A DNA stretch of 64,000 bases, from contig CM074821.1 in assembly GCA_037447605.1 (NCBI GenBank), forward strand, positions 124,001-188,000, in the 5' to 3' direction. The notes under the pieces are model-generated. The model saw only the letters and a list, made by a program, of their open reading frames with translations. It had not been told where the DNA came from and made no database searches. Source of the DNA: Zygnema circumcarinatum SAG 698-1b (Eukaryota; Plantae; Zygnematophyceae). The translations under genes and the position numbers were made by a program. Below are positions 57,998 to 64,000 of this stretch, piece by piece (the stretch's first letter is position 1; each line of letters starts with the position of its first letter).

Positions 57998-60900
57998 TCA
58001 AAGCTCGTCATGTTGATCCTCTTCTTTGGGCTTCTCTGGTGTGCCTGCATCCTTTTCCTTCTCTCCCTCGCTCTCTGTGTTGTTATTCTTCTCCGTTTCG
58101 TTCACCTTCTCTGGAGCCTTCGGCGGAGGAGGCTTCGGTTTTGGAGTTCTGTTTATGCGGTCCATCTGCTCAGCCAAAAAGCAAAACATCTTGCTTTCGG
58201 CTCAATTTAGGGTTACATGGCAAGCAAACTGCAAGCAGAAAAATCCTCAAATCCTTGTGTACATTACTAACATGTCCAGCAAAACCACACTAAGAGAAGA
58301 ATTACTTAACAGTACCAACGTGTAGAGGTTTCCTCTACTCACCTTCTTCTGCTGCTTTCCGATCATGTCCACAATGTCTTTGGAAGTCACCGGAGGATCT
58401 TCAGTAAGCGGCGTTCTGCAGATAAACAGTGTATTTATAGTTATTTCTAAGAAGGACCATTTCATGCTCTATGTGAACAACGGACGATCTGATTCACATT
58501 TCTGCGGCCCTACGCATGCAATCGCTGTTACAGTTTGAGCAGCAACTCTATGGACCCTACAACCACTCACTTGCTTTTCAGAGAATCTTTCTCCTTGAGC
58601 CATTTCTCCAACTTCTCCAAGTCCTTCACGACCTGCGCACAATCACACACCCTCACACCAATCAGCATCCCTCAACCCTAAACCCTCAACCCTAATCTCG
58701 CCCCTGTTCCGCGAACCACCAGGATGCTCAATCGCACAAAACACTTTGACATGCATCGAAGAAGGGCAGGACCAAAAATTGAAGGCATCCAAATCTTGAT
58801 TTTGATCAAAGGCAGGCGGAAGAGGTACCTCGTCCTTCACTGTCGTTTCAATCCATGGCTTCGAATCTCCCCATTTTTCCACCATCTGTGCAAACAGTGA
58901 AAATCCTTACTGTTGGCTTATCCGAGCAGTTTATTACAGCTGCCTTGATACTGCCAATGGGCCAGGAACTCTGTGAAAAAGTAGTCCAGTTCATTAAAGT
59001 CTGCAGATAGGGATACGGTTAGAGTGAAGACTGGGTTTGAGGTTAGGGTTAGGGCTAGGATAAGGGTTACGGTTAGAGTTAGGATTAGAGTTAGGATTGG
59101 AGTTAGGGCTAGGGTTAGGGTTAAGGATAAGATTAGAGTTGAATAAGGTTAAGATTAGAGTTAGGGTTAAGGATAGGGTTAGGGTTAGGGTTACGGCTAG
59201 GATTAGAGTTAGGGTTAGGGTCAGGGTTAAGGCTATGATAAGTTTTAGATAGGGTTAGGATTAGAGTTAGGGTTAGGGTTAGGATTAGGGTTAGAGTTAG
59301 GGTTAGAGCACCTCACGAGCCGTGGGGAGGTACTTCTTCGCAGCATCCACTGCAGTAGGCCATGCTGTTCTCTCATCCATTCTGCATTGTGCCCCAAACT
59401 CTTCCACTTCACATTACATAAAAGGCATCGGATGTGAACATCAGACGGGCATACAAGCATCATAAGCAAAGTGAGGATTCCAAGGGCCTTAGGTCACCTC
59501 AAGGACACTTTATTCCAGAAGCTTGTAAGGTCACTCAGTTTTGCCCTGAATTCCGAGGAAGCAGCATTCTCTCCGTCCATGTACAGCCACTCCTCAGCCT
59601 GCACCTCCAAAGGAAGTTCTCGTCAGCTGCCTGTTTAGCCTGAAAAAAAAAGTAAGAAAACAACGAATGGCAGAGGGCAGCTGCACACCTCATTGAGCAT
59701 TTTGGTAAACGTATCGCGCTCTTTCGAGGTGGTCACTTTCTTTATCGCCTGCTCGTCTTGCTCCATCTGCATACAACAGGCCATTCATGTCTCAGGGTAG
59801 ACGTGATTGGACGAGGGATTGGAGAGAGAGAGAGAGAGGGTTTGAGATAGTGGAGGAGCGGAGAGATGGTGGGAAAGGGAGGGAGAGAGACGGAGCAGTC
59901 GGAGTGGCGAGACAAAGCAGGAAGGGGAAAACAGAGAGGGAAGTCCAGAGAGGGAGAGAGGAAAGCTGGTTTGCGATAGCAGGGGGTGACCTCACTGCTT
60001 ATGAAAAAGCTGTACCTTATCCTTTTTCGCATAAATAAAGGCTTCCAAACTGTTCTTTGCTTCTTCTGTCTCTCGTTTCTCCCTTTCTCTCTCTGCCAGC
60101 TTCTCCAAGCGCTGCTTCGCTGCCTTAATGACCTCTGCAGCCATGGGTTTAGCCACACCTTCCGATATGTCTGTCACCTGCCCTCCTCCACCCCATCCCC
60201 TGCGTGCATGTTCAGTTTTCTCCCTTCCTTCTCCAATAAGAATCTCCTGAAAGGACGGGACATATCCGATCCATCAAAACAGGGAAACAAAGAAACACTC
60301 ACACAGTATAAGTGCATACCTTCAAGACCACCCGCACAGTTCTCTTTCGAAGCTTTTTCTTCACAATAGGCTTCTCTCCTTCACCTGCAGTCCCCTCCTT
60401 TCCCTCTGCCGGAACACTGCCCTTTGCTTCCTCTTCAGAGCTGCTGCTATTGCTGCCGTCTTCAGAGGTTGTGGAGGTTTCTGAAGTATCGGCCTCTCCC
60501 ACCCCTTCATCACTCTCTCCCGCTGCATTTCCTCTCTCTTCCTCCGTCACATTGCTAGTGCTCCCAGTTCCGTTCACTGTGACATTTACTGCAGGAGGCT
60601 CTACTGCAACCTCCACCCACTCATGGAACTCCGCCACCAGTTCCGCCTTATCCACAGCGACAATACCGCTCCGGCTAAGGGAGAAGTGGAGGCTTGTTTT
60701 CAATGGTGCTGTGAGGTTATATTCCTTATACCTGCAGTAAGCAAGCCATTGACAAAGGCATTAAAAAAATGAGAAGATGAAAAGATGCGAAGCCATCTCA
60801 TTGCTAATTTACGTACGTATATTGAAAGACTTTTCATCGCATTTGATAGCACATCAAAGTGGGTCGATGCTCACTTTGCAGAAGCATTTGCCACCCCTGA

Positions 60901-63896
60901 TATCTGGTAATGCTTAATCTGACGGCTAGGAAGAGGCTTGGGTGATGGCTCCTCCACATCATAGAGCAGCTCCACTGTGAAGTCATCCACCTGCTCCTTG
61001 AGAGACCGCATCACCTGCATGTGCTCCATGTTCAAAGATTTCAAACTTCAAAACCTCACACAAAGATACAAGATAGGAGGACCGCTCCCATCAAAAAACG
61101 AGACTGCATGTAAAAACAAGAAACATCTATGCCTAAAAGCAAGATTCAGCAATTCTCCATTTGAAACAATGCAGCAATTTGCCATCCTCACCTTGGTCGG
61201 AAGCTTCTTGAGGCGAGGAAACAGCTGCTGAGCAGCCTCCTCCCCAGCCGCCATGGATCCCTCTCCCTCCTCACTCTGCTGCACCTTGAAGAGGATACCG
61301 TAAGGCAGACCGTCGATCATCCCGATCCGACGGTTCAGCTTGAAGCTGTCGCTCATGTTGGCTGCAAACAGGGACGAGCCCAAAGCCAACGCCTCGTCGG
61401 CATCCAAATGGCGATCCAATTTTTTGTCTCCGAGGAATTCTGTCAGCACGCTCTGCAGGCAGCATCCTCCTCGCACATTTCTCAATTGGAGCATATGCAA
61501 CTGCAGTCACTTCTGCATATCTTAAATGTCATACTTACTACCTCTATGACTATCAGTATCGGTGGTTCATTGTGGCTCTTCTATTCTGCAAAACATCACT
61601 TTAACACTTGACACAGAACTCGTCCTCCATTTGATTGCTAGCTTCATATCCCATTTCATGGATGTGTGCTTCTTCTAAGAATGTTTTCATTATTCAAGTT
61701 AAATGCCTCATATATGACATTGTACTTAAAGAAAGGAGGGACATGTGATCTTGCTTCAGTCGGCCATACTCACTGTTCCCAACATAGCTCATTGCTCAAA
61801 TCATCTCGATTGACAATCAGCTTGGGTTTCCAACTAAGCCTATAATTCCTGATTCCAATAACTATTCCAGACCTTCCTGCCTTGTAACTGGTAATTACCA
61901 GGTCAAACCAGCCCACAAACCTCTCCAAATGTCCTAGACGAACTTTCTTGATTTTGGCTGAATGAACTACCTAAGGGAGGGAGGGGACGAGAAAGGGAAG
62001 AGGGAGGCAAGACTCTGGGAGAGAGAGCCCCATCAAGTAGTCCTTTAGCGCACCTGTAATTTGGGAACCCTAGTGGCCCCTCCCACAAGTTCGAATGCGT
62101 CGATGTCGGCCACCGTCATATTCACATCTTCCAAGACCTGCTTCAAGGGCTGCACCGCTCGACTCCAAAACTCCGAACAGAGATCTTCAAACTTCTCTCT
62201 CGTTATACTCGTCCTGCAAAGATCATCCTCTAAGCTGAGAGTAAACGTCCTGATGCAGAGATACGGAGTAATCGCAGAGGGAGCCAGGGGGGCGGGCGAG
62301 AGAGAGGAGGGGAGAGAGAGAGAGAGAGAGAGATTGAGAGATCCTGCCAGTATACATCTCAATTAGTCATGGACAGACCCTCCGGACGATCTTACCGGAA
62401 ATCTACATCTTCAAATAGAGACTCCGCTGAGAGAGGGGCCTCTGTATTGGCGCTCAATATCTCCTTCGTGCGCTTCACTTCCTTCCGAAGCTTCGCCATG
62501 GCTTTAGGGGAGGTCCGCACATCCGCTTCGAGACCTGATTTCTTGTTAAATTCGTCCGCAAAATACTCCAGCAGTTTTCGCTCGAGGGTTTGCCCTCCGA
62601 GCTCTGAGTCCCACCTCACTCCCTTTACCTGCACAAGTAAATAATTTTAGGCCCATAAAATACCAGCAGTTAGGCGCAAAACATAGACTATAAGCTCGAC
62701 AACATAAGTAATGAAGGATAAGGTTGATAGTACATCCTCTCCAATAATTTAGAGCATAGTGGAAATCTTGGACATAAGAAGCCAGCATCCTAAAAAAAAA
62801 GTTAAAAAAAACTTTTAATATAAATGAAGTATGCATATTAAGACAAAAGCCGCCCCGAAGAGTCCTCAACCGTTTCAATGCATTACTTGTCAAGAGTTTG
62901 ATCCAGCTATACACATGAATGCAAGATCTTTAGCACCAGTAGTGTGTGTGAGACGCAGGGGAAAGAGAGAGAGGGAAAGAGGAAGAGGAAAACTGCGAGG
63001 CAGAGAACAAGGTAGCTATCACGTTCCAGAATGATTCATTGAACTTCTTATCTACAAACCACGCTGGTTCCAACGCGCCACTCCCCCAAATCCTACAAAA
63101 GTACTACCACTCTAATGATCACTCTCACCTGAAACTGATTAGAAGACACATTCTTCCCCCGATCCCGCGTCATATACGCCGAATAATGTATCACAGCCGC
63201 ATAAACACTATTAGCCCCCATGTCATAAATCACCACATTCTTGCTCCCGTTCGAAAAGTCCTTATCAATGCCGTACTGCAGGGCCACCCCTGCGTGCTCC
63301 TGAATGAGGCCCAGCACACTGATCCCCACCATCTGTGCTGCATCCAGTATGCCCTGCCTCTGACTCTGCCCAAAGTACGGCGGAACACTCACAACCGCAT
63401 CCGTCACAGTGCCCTTCACATGCCCCTCTGCCAGCCGATGAGCGTAGTCCAAAATGAGCGCCAAAAGCTCCTCCGCCGTGTACTCCGTCTCCCCGTCTTG
63501 CCCTAAAATCTTCACTGTGGAGCGCTCCGCGTCTGCAGAGAGCTTGTACGGAAGGTAATTCTCCCTTGTAATAGGCAGCACGTCCTGCAGGGGCCGTCCG
63601 ATAAAGTCACGCAGGCGCGAGAACACGCGGTCGGGGTAGCGCGCGGCGATCCCGATCGCCTCCTCTGAGAGGAGGCGGTCGCCGTTGGAGATGGCGACGA
63701 TGGCGGGGGACTTACGCTTCGACATCTCGTTGATGGCAATGTCGATGGGGGCGCGCCCGGGTTTAGGGTTTACGACGGCGACTTTCAGAGCTTCCGAGCC
63801 GAGGTCCACTGTGAACACGGCCGCGCTGCAAGTGGAGGCCATGGCGGTGAGGAGGAGTAGGAGGGGGAGGAGGGGGGAAGGGGGAGGGGGAGCCAT
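57998..63896 (-). CDS. HSP70-17: ER-lumen Hsp70-17 / GRP170 (HYOU1) nucleotide-exchange chaperone; multi-exon
   Basis: Signal peptide, VDLGSEALKVAVV, INEMSKRKSP, YDMGANS, ELVGGATRVPKLQ, LDADEALALG, AKNSLEAFIY and C-terminal HDEL*. Confidence 0.96.
59041..59308. repeat. Degenerate telomere-like (TTAGGG)n array in an HSP70-17 intron
   Basis: About 270 bp of 6-bp-phased TTAGGG/TTAGAG/TTAGGA/CTAGGG variants. Confidence 0.92.
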
Positions 63897-63918
63897 GGGA
63901 GGGATGAGGGAGAAGAGT

Positions 63919-63953
<35 letters not shown>

Positions 63954-63963
63954 NNNNNNNNNN
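63954..63963. other. Assembly gap (10 N) after a poly-G run
   Basis: N run. Confidence 1.
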
Positions 63964-64000
63964 AGGGAGGAGGTGAAGGGGTGAGAGGAAAAGGGAGGGG

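Overview
Eukaryotic, intron-rich genomic DNA. Gene content and GT-AG structure suggest a green plant-lineage organism, probably a streptophyte alga; this is an inference. No rRNA, tRNA or CRISPR arrays were seen. Genes in order: 3' part of an unidentified charged protein (+), a divergent clade-E-like PP2C (+), intronless TIC20-I-type (-), class-3 lipase (-), a 97-aa single-TM microprotein (+), DCAF1/VprBP (+), ArgJ (+), an AHK1-like hybrid histidine kinase (+), a decayed KEG fragment (+), RAD1 (-), a possible 80-aa gene (+), an unknown DnaJ-type zinc-finger protein (-), a RihA/URH1-type nucleoside hydrolase (+) and ER Hsp70-17/GRP170 (-). Non-coding structure includes two tandem MITE copies, a ~500 bp TIR element, a candidate Helitron 3' end, two long (GA)n tracts, a 104-bp minisatellite, an intronic telomere-like array and a gap-flanked 1,024-bp duplication that is probably an assembly artefact. 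The strongest leads are the intron-retaining KEG pseudo-fragment next to a TIR element, the splice-assembled CxxCxGxG protein, the PP2C with DGQG in place of DGHG, and a shared GTAC/GATAAGGG promoter module. All exon models and family calls were made by eye, without database searches.
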